DNA of 64,000 bases. It comes from an uncultured Candidatus Babeliaceae bacterium. GTDB taxonomy: Bacteria > Babelota > Babeliae > Babelales > Babelaceae. The DNA lies in assembly GCA_964549625.1 (NCBI GenBank), contig CAZJVA010000003.1:12967-76966 (forward strand), given 5' to 3'. The notes beneath the pieces are model-generated. The model saw nothing but the letters and a program-made list of their open reading frames with translations. It did no database searches and was not told where the DNA came from. The position numbers were made by a program, and so were the translations under genes. This document shows positions 26,806 through 36,299 of this stretch, piece after piece (the first letter of the stretch is position 1; each line of letters begins with the position of its first letter).

Positions 26806-27513
26806 CTATTTCTTTTGGGCGGGTGTTTTGATACTCATATAAATGGTTCGCCAGAAGAGTTTGCTGCTACCTGGCATTGGTGGTTTTTGGGCAAAATAGA
26901 GGAGAATTTTTAGCATTTTTTTTGCATTGGGTTCTTGGTTTTTGTCTTGTTGGTGCCAGTAAGCAATAAGAGTATCAAGTGTTTTGAGGCTTTGGATATC
27001 GTCGATTTCTTGCTTGTTTAATAAGTTGTGAAGTTCTACGAATGACTTGATTGGCAAGGTGGTAAAGAGGTCGAATAAAGGAGACGTCTCTCGTGAAGAG
27101 TTCTCACTGTCTAGTTCGTGGCTTGTTAGGCGGGAGCGTATTGTAGGTAGAATTTGTTGTTCATTGCTCGTAGTTAGTATGAAGATGCTATTGTGAGGAG
27201 GCTCTTCTAGAATCTTAAGAAGGCTGTTTGCGGCTTGGTCTTGTAGGAGCTCGGCGTTGGTGATCACAAATATTAATGGTTTGAGCTGCTGTTGTTTGGT
27301 TTCAGCTAAAAGGGCTTCCAGTTCACTTTTCTTGTAAAATCTTTTTTCTGGAGAAATCCAGCGAACCTGGGGATGTAGTTGTTTTTCTACTAATTCTTTA
27401 TCGTTTGATTGATTTGGAATATTTAAAAGTTCAGCAATGATGGGTGTTAATAGCGATGCGATATTCGTGTCAGGTGGGACAATATACAAAAAAGAAGCGC
27501 GTTTATAATTCAT
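26806..27513 (-). CDS. holB: DNA polymerase III delta-prime subunit (short)
   Basis: ANSLLKILEEPPHNSIFILTTSNEQQILPTIRSRL is the clamp-loader sensor region. It follows tmk in the classical tmk-holB order. ATG 27513 overlaps the tmk stop (ATGA); the track start is 27528. Confidence 0.8.
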   Translation of the reverse strand: MNYKRASFLYIVPPDTNIASLLTPIIAELLNIPNQSNDKELVEKQLHPQVRWISPEKRFYKKSELEALLAETKQQQLKPLIFVITNAELLQDQAANSLLKILEEPPHNSIFILTTSNEQQILPTIRSRLTSHELDSENSSRETSPLFDLFTTLPIKSFVELHNLLNKQEIDDIQSLKTLDTLIAYWHQQDKNQEPNAKKMLKILLYFAQKPPMPGSSKLFWRTIYMSIKTPAQKK

Positions 27514-28160
27514 AGGTTTGGCTTGCACAGCTTTAGGTTGATTTTTTCGTAAATGCTTGAGGCTATTTCTTCTGGGGCTTTTGTTCCGTCGAGAGAAAGC
27601 CGTGTGGGCGTTTGCGTGGCAAATAACTCATCAAAGCCAGCTTGTACGTTGGAGAGGAAGGTCTGTTGTTCTTCAAATCGTGTTTTTTCTATGTTTCGTT
27701 TTTTGATGCGCGATAGAGCTTCTTCTAAAGGGATTTTGAGATAGATGCTAAGGTCTGGACGTGTTGAGCCAAGTGCCCAGGCGTTTACCAGTGCTATTTT
27801 TTCGATGCAAAGACCACGACCATAGCCTTGATAGGCGATTGAGGAGTCGGCCATGCGGTCAGAAATAACGATACAGCCTTGTTCTAGGGCGGGGCGAATT
27901 ATTTCTTGGACGTGTTGCGCGCGATCGGCCGCAAACAAAAGATACTCTGCTAATGGATCTAGGTTTTTTTTGGTTGTATTAACGATGGTGCGAATTGTTT
28001 CGCCAATGCAGGAATCGCCTGGTTCTTTGGTTTGTATAACGTTCCAGCCCTTTTGGCGAAGTTTTATTGTTAATATGTTGCTAACTGTTGTTTTGCCGGC
28101 GCCATCGAGTCCTTCGAGAACCAGTAAAAAACCTTTAGAAAATCTGTTCATAAACATCAC
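27510..28160 (-). CDS. tmk: Thymidylate kinase
   Basis: FLLVLEGLDGAGKTT P-loop, DRMADSSIAYQGYGRG (DR motif plus LID region), about 210 aa. Confidence 0.93.
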   Translation of the reverse strand: MMFMNRFSKGFLLVLEGLDGAGKTTVSNILTIKLRQKGWNVIQTKEPGDSCIGETIRTIVNTTKKNLDPLAEYLLFAADRAQHVQEIIRPALEQGCIVISDRMADSSIAYQGYGRGLCIEKIALVNAWALGSTRPDLSIYLKIPLEEALSRIKKRNIEKTRFEEQQTFLSNVQAGFDELFATQTPTRLSLDGTKAPEEIASSIYEKINLKLCKPNL

Positions 28161-28214
28161 TACGCTTTTTTAGACTAATCACAAATACCAGTACATTCTC
28201 TGCGTTAGGATATC

Positions 28215-29771
28215 ATGGAAGATAAGAAAAAGCGATTTGAGGCAATGCGACTGTCTCTGTTGGATGATGGAAAGATTATGCATCCACGAGGGCTTTTGAA
28301 GCGGGCGGCTATGATGTGGCCAGAGCGAGAAGCGCTTATTTGTGGTGAAGAGCGCGTGTCGTTTGAACAGCTATTTTGGCGTGCGTGTGTTGTTGCGACC
28401 GCTTTGCTTGATCGAGGCGTTACGCGTGGTGCCCGTGTTTTGATTTTTTATGAAAACAGTATTGATTTTTATGTTGCCTATCATGCCGCGTGGCTTGCTG
28501 GGGCGGTTGTTGTTCCGCTTAATTCATTTTTGCAAGAAGGTGAGTTGATGCATATTGTGCAGGATGCAAAGCCTGAATATGCTTTTGTTTCGGCTGGGTT
28601 ACACGAGCGTTTTGTTGAGGCAGCGCCAACGGTTAAGGTCTTAGCTGTTGAAGAACTGCTTACATTTGGTGTTTGTCATGAGGATGTCTTGGTTCAATAT
28701 GAAGATTCGGGCAATGCATTGGCAGCGTTGCTTTATACGTCTGGAACGACCGGGGTTCCAAAGGGTGTGATGCTAAGCGGGGAAGGACTTTTAACGAACG
28801 CGTTGCAGGCTGTTACTACGCTAAAGCTTGGTGATCATGAGCGTGTTTTGGCAGCACTTCCACTGTTTCATAGTTATATGCAGAATACCTGCGTGTGGTC
28901 CCCGTTGTTAGTTGGTGCTACTGTTATTATTGTGCCAAAAATTTCACGCAAAGCACTTGCAAAAGCTTTTTCTGAGCGTCCCTCTGCTGTGTTGGGAATT
29001 CCGCAGCTCTTTGGTCTTTTGTGCCGTATGCGCGATTTTGATTTTTCATCTGTTGCACTTTGTTTTTGTGGCGGTGATGCGCTTCATGCGCCTATTAAGA
29101 GGGCATTTGAGTTGGTGTATGGGCGTCGGCTTTCCAATGGCTATGGGCTTACTGAGATGGGACCTTTGATAGCGGTTAATTTGTTTGATGGTGAAACACC
29201 GGAATATTGCGTGGGGATGCCGGTATATGGGGTTGAGGTTCAGATTCGCTCTGAGGAAGGTTCTGTTGTTCCGTCCGGAGGGGTAGGCGAGGTTTGGGTC
29301 CGTGGCGATAATATGATGATGGGATATTATCAAGCGCCAGAGGTTACAAGCAAGATTATCAAGGATGGTTGGTTGAATACCGGTGATTTGGGCTGGTTGA
29401 CTGAGTATGGTGAATTGGTAATTAGTGGGCGCTCCAAGGATTTGATAATTAGCAAGGGTATAAATATTTATCCCCAAGAGATAGAGGCCGTTATATCTCG
29501 TTATCCTGGGGTATTACAGGTGGCGGTGGTGGGAGTGCTCCAGGAGGACGAGGAAGTTCCCGTTGCTTTTGTTATGAGCGAGGATGAGGCCTTATTATCT
29601 GATCAAGCATCATCATTGCTTTCTAGCCACTGCCAGAAACATCTTGCCTTTTACAAAACGCCGCGTTGGTTTATCATAAAAAGAGCGTTGCCGGTAACGT
29701 CAACGGGGAAGATAGATAAAAAAATATTACGGGTTGAGGCAGCGTCGATACAAGCGAAATACAAGGAATAG
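28215..29771 (+). CDS. AMP-dependent synthetase/ligase (long-chain acyl-CoA synthetase-like)
   Basis: Motifs present: LLYTSGTTGVPKGVML (AMP-binding motif), GYGLTE, TGDLGW, SGRSKDLIISKGINIYPQEIE, GKIDKK. Confidence 0.9.
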   Translation: MEDKKKRFEAMRLSLLDDGKIMHPRGLLKRAAMMWPEREALICGEERVSFEQLFWRACVVATALLDRGVTRGARVLIFYENSIDFYVAYHAAWLAGAVVVPLNSFLQEGELMHIVQDAKPEYAFVSAGLHERFVEAAPTVKVLAVEELLTFGVCHEDVLVQYEDSGNALAALLYTSGTTGVPKGVMLSGEGLLTNALQAVTTLKLGDHERVLAALPLFHSYMQNTCVWSPLLVGATVIIVPKISRKALAKAFSERPSAVLGIPQLFGLLCRMRDFDFSSVALCFCGGDALHAPIKRAFELVYGRRLSNGYGLTEMGPLIAVNLFDGETPEYCVGMPVYGVEVQIRSEEGSVVPSGGVGEVWVRGDNMMMGYYQAPEVTSKIIKDGWLNTGDLGWLTEYGELVISGRSKDLIISKGINIYPQEIEAVISRYPGVLQVAVVGVLQEDEEVPVAFVMSEDEALLSDQASSLLSSHCQKHLAFYKTPRWFIIKRALPVTSTGKIDKKILRVEAASIQAKYKE

Positions 29772-29773
29772 TC

Positions 29774-31618
29774 ATGCGTACCTTATTTCATCGTTGGGCG
29801 GGGTGGGCAACAAAAAACAATGCACACCATTATCCAATAGATTTTTCTAAGCCGTGGTGGGCTGTTTACGGCAACCATGTAGGAAAGATCTTTGTGGTTT
29901 GCCTTTCAATGACGGTTTTTCAAGCGCTTGATTCTTTGTTTCCTGTGATTTTGGGATGGGCAATTGAGCGGCAGAATATAGGGCTTCTTGTTTTGCTGAT
30001 GTCGCCTTACTTTGTTGAGGAAGTGTTCAGTTGGTTTGTTACGCGTCCTCTCTTTACTCGGCTCTATTCACAAGTGGTGGGGAGTTTTCGGTTTTCTGCG
30101 TATGAATTCTTTTTGTCGGTTGATCCAATTTTTCATGCGCGTCGTGCCAGTGGGATTACGATTGGTAAGGTACGTAGGACATCTGATGCCTTTTTTTATT
30201 TTACAAAAACCGTTTTAGATGATTTTTATCCATTTATCGTAGTCATGATTACTACCATGATTATGCTTTTTTGGAGCAGCCCTTTGCTGGGAGCGATCGT
30301 TGCCTCAATTTTTGTATTGTTAGGTTTAATGGTTGCCTTGATAACTACGCGTGTAACCTTTGCTCTTGAACAAACGTATAATCGAGAAGACGACCGGTTA
30401 AATAAAATTGGGGTAGAGATTGTCAATCGTGCGCCATTTATGCGCACGGTTTTCGCGAGTGATACTGTGCGCGGCAAATTGGAGCGCAGATCTCTTGGGC
30501 TAATTGCGGCTGAAGGGGTGTTTTTTATGTCGCATCGCTTGATGCGCGGTGTGCTAGTGTTTTTCTATTTGGTTTGTATTCTAGTTGTATCAGCTGTTTT
30601 GATTTATTTGATTAATACTGGTGTTTTTACTAAGGTCTATGCTCTTTCGCTTTTGGTTCTTGTATTGAGAAGTACGAAGTTTGTTTTGAAGTTGGATGGA
30701 TATGTGGCCGCGGTTGTCTCTGCGTATCGAAAAATTATCGATTTTTATGCGTATACACGCACCTACGGAACTCAGACATTTCCCGTTTTTAAGTCTGATC
30801 GTTACGCAGGATCAGAGCCTAATGCAACCTGTAAAACTGATGATATATCAATCGTTTTGGATCATGTGACGGTAGCCTATCTTGAAGGCGAGCCGTTATT
30901 GCACGATATTTCTTCCTATATTTCGATTGCGCGTTCAGAGTCAAATAAATTGTTCGGCGTTATAGGCCCATCTGGTGTTGGAAAGACGACGCTACTTTCT
31001 GCTTTGGGAGGACAGCTTCGGCCAGTAGTTGGACGTGTTTTGATAAACGGGTGTGACCTTTATCAACTTAACGATGCACAGCGGCAGCATTTAGTTGCTT
31101 TGCAGGGACAAACATCGATTAATTTGCTGGGTTCTCTGCGTTACAACCTTCTATTTGGTCTTCCTGCTTCGGTTGTTGTTGAAGATGCCTATCTTATTGA
31201 ACTTTTGCAAACTGTTGGTCTGTGGCATTTATTTGAAGAAGAAAAGGGCTTGCAGACTTTGGTGGGCGAGGGCGGAACTACGCTTTCGGGAGGTCAACGG
31301 CAACGTCTTAATTTTATTAACCTTTACTTGCGCGCAAAACACTTTAAGCCTTCAGTTATTTTGATTGATGAGCCTACGAGTAGCTTAGACGAGGTGAGCG
31401 AACAGCGCATTACACAAATGATCGCAGAGTTAGCTCAGGAGAGCTTAACGCTTGTGATTGCGCATAGAATTAAAACATTGGATGGGGCCAATAAGATTCT
31501 GGATTTCTGCTTGATCAACGAAACGAAGGAGTTGGTTTTTCATCTTCGCGAAGATTTAGAGCGAATATCCCCACATTATCGGCAACTTGTTTCTGGGTTG
31601 GTTGTTAGGGAAGATTGA
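29774..31618 (+). CDS. Fused TMD-NBD ABC exporter
   Basis: The N-terminal half has about 6 TM segments. NBD motifs are GPSGVGKTTLLSALGG (Walker A), LSGGQRQRLNF (signature), ILIDEPTSSLD (Walker B) and AHR (H-loop). It starts 3 nt after the ligase stop. Confidence 0.9.
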   Translation: MRTLFHRWAGWATKNNAHHYPIDFSKPWWAVYGNHVGKIFVVCLSMTVFQALDSLFPVILGWAIERQNIGLLVLLMSPYFVEEVFSWFVTRPLFTRLYSQVVGSFRFSAYEFFLSVDPIFHARRASGITIGKVRRTSDAFFYFTKTVLDDFYPFIVVMITTMIMLFWSSPLLGAIVASIFVLLGLMVALITTRVTFALEQTYNREDDRLNKIGVEIVNRAPFMRTVFASDTVRGKLERRSLGLIAAEGVFFMSHRLMRGVLVFFYLVCILVVSAVLIYLINTGVFTKVYALSLLVLVLRSTKFVLKLDGYVAAVVSAYRKIIDFYAYTRTYGTQTFPVFKSDRYAGSEPNATCKTDDISIVLDHVTVAYLEGEPLLHDISSYISIARSESNKLFGVIGPSGVGKTTLLSALGGQLRPVVGRVLINGCDLYQLNDAQRQHLVALQGQTSINLLGSLRYNLLFGLPASVVVEDAYLIELLQTVGLWHLFEEEKGLQTLVGEGGTTLSGGQRQRLNFINLYLRAKHFKPSVILIDEPTSSLDEVSEQRITQMIAELAQESLTLVIAHRIKTLDGANKILDFCLINETKELVFHLREDLERISPHYRQLVSGLVVRED

Positions 31619-31905
31619 AGACTTGTTTTATGTTCTACTTGTTTTTTAATTTTAGAGTAGTACAATTGGGTGCGAAGTATTTTTGTTTAGAGCCTGTACG
31701 GAAGATTGAATTCTATGTGTAAATGTAAATGTATCACGAGAAGTTATTCTTCGTACCGGGTTGTTCTTCTACGCTTTTTTTCACTCACAATGTATAAAGG
31801 TATCTTGCATAGACGGTAAAAACAGGAATACACTTCTCTTCATGCACCTTATATTATCGTATATAACCTTTTTTCTGCGCGGTCTCTATTTTATTAGGGA
31901 GTGCT

Positions 31906-32820
31906 ATGCGTTACGAAAATTTATTACATGCCATTGGTCATACGCCGTTGGTTCGTGTTCCTTTTGATGTTCCTCCGCGGGTCTATGCAAAGCTTGAATA
32001 TATTTCTCCTGGGGGAAGTATAAAAGATCGCTCAGCTTATTTTATGGTTCAGCAAGCTGAAAAGGAGGGGCTTTTGCGTCCAGGTGGAACGATAATCGAA
32101 GCTTCCTCGGGTAATCAGGGGATTGCTGCGGCCATGATCGGCGCTGTTAAGGGGTATAAGGTTATTATTACTACGACTGAAAAAGTGAGTAAGGAAAAGT
32201 GGGATACGCTGAAAGCGTATGGAGCTGAGATGGTGATGTGCAAGCAGACTCTTGATTTGGGTGACCCAGAGGGATATTTTGAGGTTGCACGACGTATTCA
32301 TGAACAGACGCCGAACTCTCTTTTTATGGCGCAATATTTTAATAAAAAGAATCCACAGGGACATTACTACTCTCTTGGTCCCGAGGTTTGGGATCAAACG
32401 GGAGGCCAGCTGACTCATTTTATTGCAGCGATGGGTAGTTGCGGGACTGTCGGTGGTGCAGGAAAGTATCTCAAGGAACTTAATCCAAATGTTACTGTTG
32501 TTGGTGTTGATTCAGCACTTTCGTATCGTTCTACGGGTGGAAATCCAAAGCCGAATAAATTAGAGGGGATTGGTGTTAGTTCCGATTCTCCGCTTTTGGA
32601 TGAGGCTCCTGTTGATGAGATTATTACTGTCCAAGATGATGATGCGTTATCTATTATGAAGCGTCTTGCAAGAGAATATGGTTTTTTGGTTGGGCTTTCA
32701 AGTGGTGCCGTTGCTCATGCGGTATATGAGTATGCCAAAAAGCTTTCGCCCGATGATTATGTAGTCGTAGTTTTTGCCGATTCTGGCCGTGCTTATTTGA
32801 CTAAAGGGTTCTATAATTAG
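31906..32820 (+). CDS. PLP-dependent cystathionine beta-synthase / cysteine synthase family enzyme, copy A
   Basis: GGSIKDRSA (PLP-lysine motif) and EASSGNQGIAAA are present. EKVSKEKWDTLKAYGAEMV, PNSLFMAQYFNKKNPQGHY and SGRAYLTKGF resemble the CBS catalytic core more than E. coli CysK (comparison from memory). Confidence 0.88.
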   Translation: MRYENLLHAIGHTPLVRVPFDVPPRVYAKLEYISPGGSIKDRSAYFMVQQAEKEGLLRPGGTIIEASSGNQGIAAAMIGAVKGYKVIITTTEKVSKEKWDTLKAYGAEMVMCKQTLDLGDPEGYFEVARRIHEQTPNSLFMAQYFNKKNPQGHYYSLGPEVWDQTGGQLTHFIAAMGSCGTVGGAGKYLKELNPNVTVVGVDSALSYRSTGGNPKPNKLEGIGVSSDSPLLDEAPVDEIITVQDDDALSIMKRLAREYGFLVGLSSGAVAHAVYEYAKKLSPDDYVVVVFADSGRAYLTKGFYN

Positions 32821-32887
32821 GATATAAATGTGCAAATGATCATTGCACGAATAGTGTTTCGTAGATGATTTAGTTGGTATAAGTATG

Positions 32888-32927
32888 GTATTCTGTAGCA
32901 AGGTTGTACGATCTTGCTGCAGAATAC
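32888..32927 (+). terminator. Hairpin downstream of CBS-like copy A
   Basis: GTATTCTGTAGCAAG (32888-32902) pairs with CTTGCTGCAGAATAC (32913-32927) in 15 pairs, one of them G-U. The loop is 10 nt and no T-tract follows. Confidence 0.35.
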
Positions 32928-33274
32928 ACTTGTAAAAAGGTTGGGTAATTTTGTGAGGAGCTTGTTTGGGCTTCTGAATGTCTGTTTGCTTGTTTTTTAT
33001 TTTGCAGGCGATTATACTCAGGGGCGTAATATTAGTATGTTTTGAGAGCCTGTGCGCAAGATTGGACTCTATGTGTAAATGTATCACTGAGAAGCTGTTC
33101 TTCGTACTGGTTTGTTGGACTCTGCGTTTAACATTGTGTATCGCGCGTTAGAGGTTTTTTCTCCGGTAGACTAAGTAGCGATAGAACTCTAAGAACATGC
33201 TGCTCTTTTTATACGTCTCACATTGTTAATTTTGGGTTTTTTTCGTACAGCCTCTAGCAAGCGCAGGGGATAAG

Positions 33275-34189
33275 ATGCGTTACGAAAGTCTGTTACATGC
33301 CATTGGTCATACGCCGTTAGTTCGTGTTCCTTTTGATGTACCTCCTCGGGTCTATGCAAAGCTTGAATATATTTCTCCTGGGGGAAGTATAAAAGATCGC
33401 TCAGCTTATTTTATGGTTCAGCAAGCTGAAAAGGAGGGGCTTTTGCGTCCAGGTGGAACGATCATCGAGGCTTCTTCGGGTAATCAGGGGATTGCTGCGG
33501 CCATGATTGGTGCAGTTAAGGGATATAAGGTTATTATTACGACAACTGAAAAGGTTAGTAAGGAGAAGTGGGATACGCTCACCGCGTATGGTGCCGAAGT
33601 TGTCATATGTAAGCCAACGCTAGATCTTCATGATCCTGAAGGCTACTTTGAGGTTGCGCGGCGTATTCATGAACAGACACCGAACTCTCTTTTTATGGCA
33701 CAATACTTTAACAAAAACAACCCGTTGGGTCACTACTATTCCCTGGGGCCTGAGATATGGGATCAAACTGGTGGTCAATTGACCCATTTTATTGGTGCTG
33801 TAGGTAGTACTGGAACTGTTGGCGGTGCGGGGCGCTATATTAAGGAGCGAAACCCGAATGTTGTTGTGGTTGGCGTTGATTCGGCTACATCGTATCGTTC
33901 TACGGGAGGAAATCCAAAGCCCTATAAATTAGAGGGGATTGGTGTTGATTCAGATTCGCCGCTTTTGGATGAGGCGCCAATTGATCAAATTATTGGGGTA
34001 CATGACGATGATGTATTTCCTCTTATGAAGAAGTTGGCTCGAGACTATGGTTTCTTGGTTGGGCCTTCAAGTGGTGCTGTTGCCTATGCCGCATATGAAT
34101 ATGCCAAACAGCTTACACCCGATGATTTTGTGGTGATTGTTTTTGGTGATTCTGGGCGTGCCTATTTGACCAAAGGATTTTATAGTTAA
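33275..34189 (+). CDS. PLP-dependent cystathionine beta-synthase / cysteine synthase family enzyme, copy B
   Basis: 304 aa, collinear with copy A and carrying the same motifs. The N-terminal third is nearly identical; the C-terminal two thirds have diverged. Confidence 0.88.
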   Translation: MRYESLLHAIGHTPLVRVPFDVPPRVYAKLEYISPGGSIKDRSAYFMVQQAEKEGLLRPGGTIIEASSGNQGIAAAMIGAVKGYKVIITTTEKVSKEKWDTLTAYGAEVVICKPTLDLHDPEGYFEVARRIHEQTPNSLFMAQYFNKNNPLGHYYSLGPEIWDQTGGQLTHFIGAVGSTGTVGGAGRYIKERNPNVVVVGVDSATSYRSTGGNPKPYKLEGIGVDSDSPLLDEAPIDQIIGVHDDDVFPLMKKLARDYGFLVGPSSGAVAYAAYEYAKQLTPDDFVVIVFGDSGRAYLTKGFYS

Positions 34190-34199
34190 ATGCTAAGGC

Positions 34200-34238
34200 G
34201 CGAAGGAGTGCCGTTAGGGTGGCGTACAACTCCTTCGC
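34200..34238. terminator. Hairpin between convergent genes (CBS-like B and alpha/beta hydrolase)
   Basis: Perfect 10-bp stem GCGAAGGAGT (34200-34209) / ACTCCTTCGC (34229-34238) with a 19-nt loop. There is no U-tract on either strand. Confidence 0.4.
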
Positions 34239-34244
34239 TATCGG

Positions 34245-35516
34245 TTAGCAGAGTAATGTTTTTAGGATGCCATTGCAGCGGATCTGTATGGCATCTTTTT
34301 CTGTTTCGCACATGTGATTATGCCAAAAATTCCACGCGTATGATTGGAGCGATGTCAGTAGTTCTGGTTCGATAAAATCAAAATAGCTTTTTTCGGTAGA
34401 AAAGCGCTGGCGTGTATGCGCATAACCCTCATCTGTTTTATAGCAAAAAACTTGATCATGTTCTTTGGTTGGGTGATCACGGTAATGAGCTATTATGGCA
34501 GGAGCAAGAATTGCTGCAGGAAGTGGTGATAGGGGAAAGTGCCGTCGACAAAAAATCGTGACATCGGGCCAGCCAAAAATCCACATTTCAAGATGACCTG
34601 GAGATTTTTCAATGGTGCGATTAGAGTTGTTTGGCCTTTGGAGGCAGTTCTTTGCGGTTAATGTTAGCTCGATTTCAATTTGTTTGAAGTTGCTTGGAAA
34701 GCTACCATTGCGTTTTTTGTGAAAGCGCCGTCGAGGAAAGGCTCCTCGCGTGGAGAAAAGATCGAGTATGCTTGCCATATCGTGTCGTGAGTAAAGGCTA
34801 TAAATATTTTTGAAGAGCGGGCTGTAGATAAAATGTTCATTTTCCACAATAACGGGTGTCCCGAGCATAATGAGTTCGTCAATCTGAAATGGTAACTCTT
34901 CGGTTGTTTTATCGCGCCAGTGTTCTAGATTTAGTGCGATGTTTGATCCATGGCTGTAGGTTACGAGGCGGACTTTTAGGTTCGGGTATTTACTCTTTTG
35001 TGTTTGAATGTATTGCGAAAGCGTGTCGAATAAAATTTTTGCGTCCTGAACACGCTGTAGTTGATTTATCATTCCTGACCAGCCAAAAGTAAGCCATTCT
35101 ATATTCCTTTGCTCTGGAAAGTAGCGATTTTGCATGATTTCGTATAAGCGCGCAAAAAGCTCTGCGGAGTTTTGCTCTTTTTTGTCTAGTTCAATTTTAC
35201 GCAAGCCGGGTAATTGGGCGGCTTGTGCCGCGTATGAATAGGGATGCTCACGAAGGGCTTCCATTAAGCGCGCATATCGGGAGCCTTCGATAGATTTTTT
35301 CATCAGGGTAATTATAGTTTCGAAGTTCATGAGTCGCTCGACTCCCAAGGTGCCATGGATAAATACCGTTACCCAAGGCTCAGTTGCTTGTGGCGTGGAG
35401 AGTTCTTTCTTGCTTGTATTTAGATTGTTTAGCTTCGAAGAAGCTTCTTTATGTAATGTGGTTACCCCTGTTGCGGTTGCTATTGCTATAATATGAAGAA
35501 TAATTTTTTTCTTCAT
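34245..35516 (-). CDS. Secreted alpha/beta-hydrolase-like protein (lipase/esterase-like)
   Basis: Signal-like N-terminus MKKKIILHIIAIATATGV. WVTVFIHGTLG has an oxyanion-region look, and VTYSHGSNIAL is a nucleophile-elbow variant of [GST]xSxG. No closer family is assigned. Confidence 0.6.
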   Translation of the reverse strand: MKKKIILHIIAIATATGVTTLHKEASSKLNNLNTSKKELSTPQATEPWVTVFIHGTLGVERLMNFETIITLMKKSIEGSRYARLMEALREHPYSYAAQAAQLPGLRKIELDKKEQNSAELFARLYEIMQNRYFPEQRNIEWLTFGWSGMINQLQRVQDAKILFDTLSQYIQTQKSKYPNLKVRLVTYSHGSNIALNLEHWRDKTTEELPFQIDELIMLGTPVIVENEHFIYSPLFKNIYSLYSRHDMASILDLFSTRGAFPRRRFHKKRNGSFPSNFKQIEIELTLTAKNCLQRPNNSNRTIEKSPGHLEMWIFGWPDVTIFCRRHFPLSPLPAAILAPAIIAHYRDHPTKEHDQVFCYKTDEGYAHTRQRFSTEKSYFDFIEPELLTSLQSYAWNFWHNHMCETEKDAIQIRCNGILKTLLC

Positions 35517-35600
35517 CTTTCAATCCTCCTCCCCATTTCCCCTTATTTGTAGTATAAGCAGAAGAGAGGATAAAAAAGAAAGAAAAAAAAGGAGAATCGT

Positions 35601-36296
35601 ATGAAGTTGTTTTTTGAGCGGGTTTGGGGTGTGATGCGTTCTTCTTGGGCATTGCTCAGGGTATTACCGCAGTGGGCTGTCGGGACTTGGAAAATTATGC
35701 GGCTTACACGCCCAATAGTTACGGTATTTGGTGGTAAACGGTTAGAAGACGAGAGCTTGTACGAAAAGCTTGCTTTTGAGATGGGAAAAAAGCTTGTTGA
35801 GGCAAACATCTCAGTGATAACAGGCGGTGGTCCGGGTGTTATGCGCGCCGCCAATTGTGGTGCTGCGTCTGCATCTGGTTCGTCAGTGTGCTCAATGGGC
35901 ATTGGTGTTGTTGGTCTAAATATTGATGAGCCTGTTAATGAATGTGTTCAGGAATATCAATTAACTGATTATTTTGCTGTGCGAAAGCATTTTTTAACGT
36001 TCTATTCGAGTGGTTTTATTATCTTTCCTGGCGGTTTTGGCACTCTTGATGAGTTATTTGAGATACTTGTTTTGATGCAGACCCAAAAGCGGCCCGTTGC
36101 ACCTGTTGTTCTTATTGGAAAGAGTTATTGGGAATCGCTCCTATTATGGGTTGAAAAATCGGTTAAAGAGGGGTTTGTTCCTCAGTTACATGCAGATTTT
36201 ATTACCATAACCGATGATCTTGATGAGGCTTTATCCAAAGTCGTTTCTACTTGTAAGAAGGTGAAGAGATTGCCGATGGGTGAAACAATCTCTTAG
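35601..36296 (+). CDS. LOG family / TIGR00730 Rossmann-fold nucleotide-binding protein
   Basis: AGGAG lies 7 nt upstream of ATG 35601. Motifs present: VTVFGG, ITGGGPGVMRAAN, PGGFGTLDELFE. Confidence 0.85.
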   Translation: MKLFFERVWGVMRSSWALLRVLPQWAVGTWKIMRLTRPIVTVFGGKRLEDESLYEKLAFEMGKKLVEANISVITGGGPGVMRAANCGAASASGSSVCSMGIGVVGLNIDEPVNECVQEYQLTDYFAVRKHFLTFYSSGFIIFPGGFGTLDELFEILVLMQTQKRPVAPVVLIGKSYWESLLLWVEKSVKEGFVPQLHADFITITDDLDEALSKVVSTCKKVKRLPMGETIS

Positions 36297-36299
36297 CTT

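Larger units (their letters stand above)
31680..34189 (+). repeat. Tandem duplication (1369-bp period) of a CBS-like gene together with about 90 nt of its upstream leader
   Basis: The ATGs at 31906 and 33275 are 1369 nt apart. Positions 31978-32093 are identical to 33347-33462 (116 nt, compared by eye). Leader blocks at about 31685-31775 and 33039-33128 align at roughly 80% identity. Confidence 0.9.

Noticed and set aside
32698-33087. 129-aa minus-strand ORF in the spacer between the two CBS-like copies; also 56371-56733 (120 aa, minus) and 2053-2259 (68 aa, minus)
   Set aside because: None has an RBS or a recognisable motif. They overlap gene ends or conserved leader/terminator sequence on the other strand, and their composition is typical of the non-coding frame.
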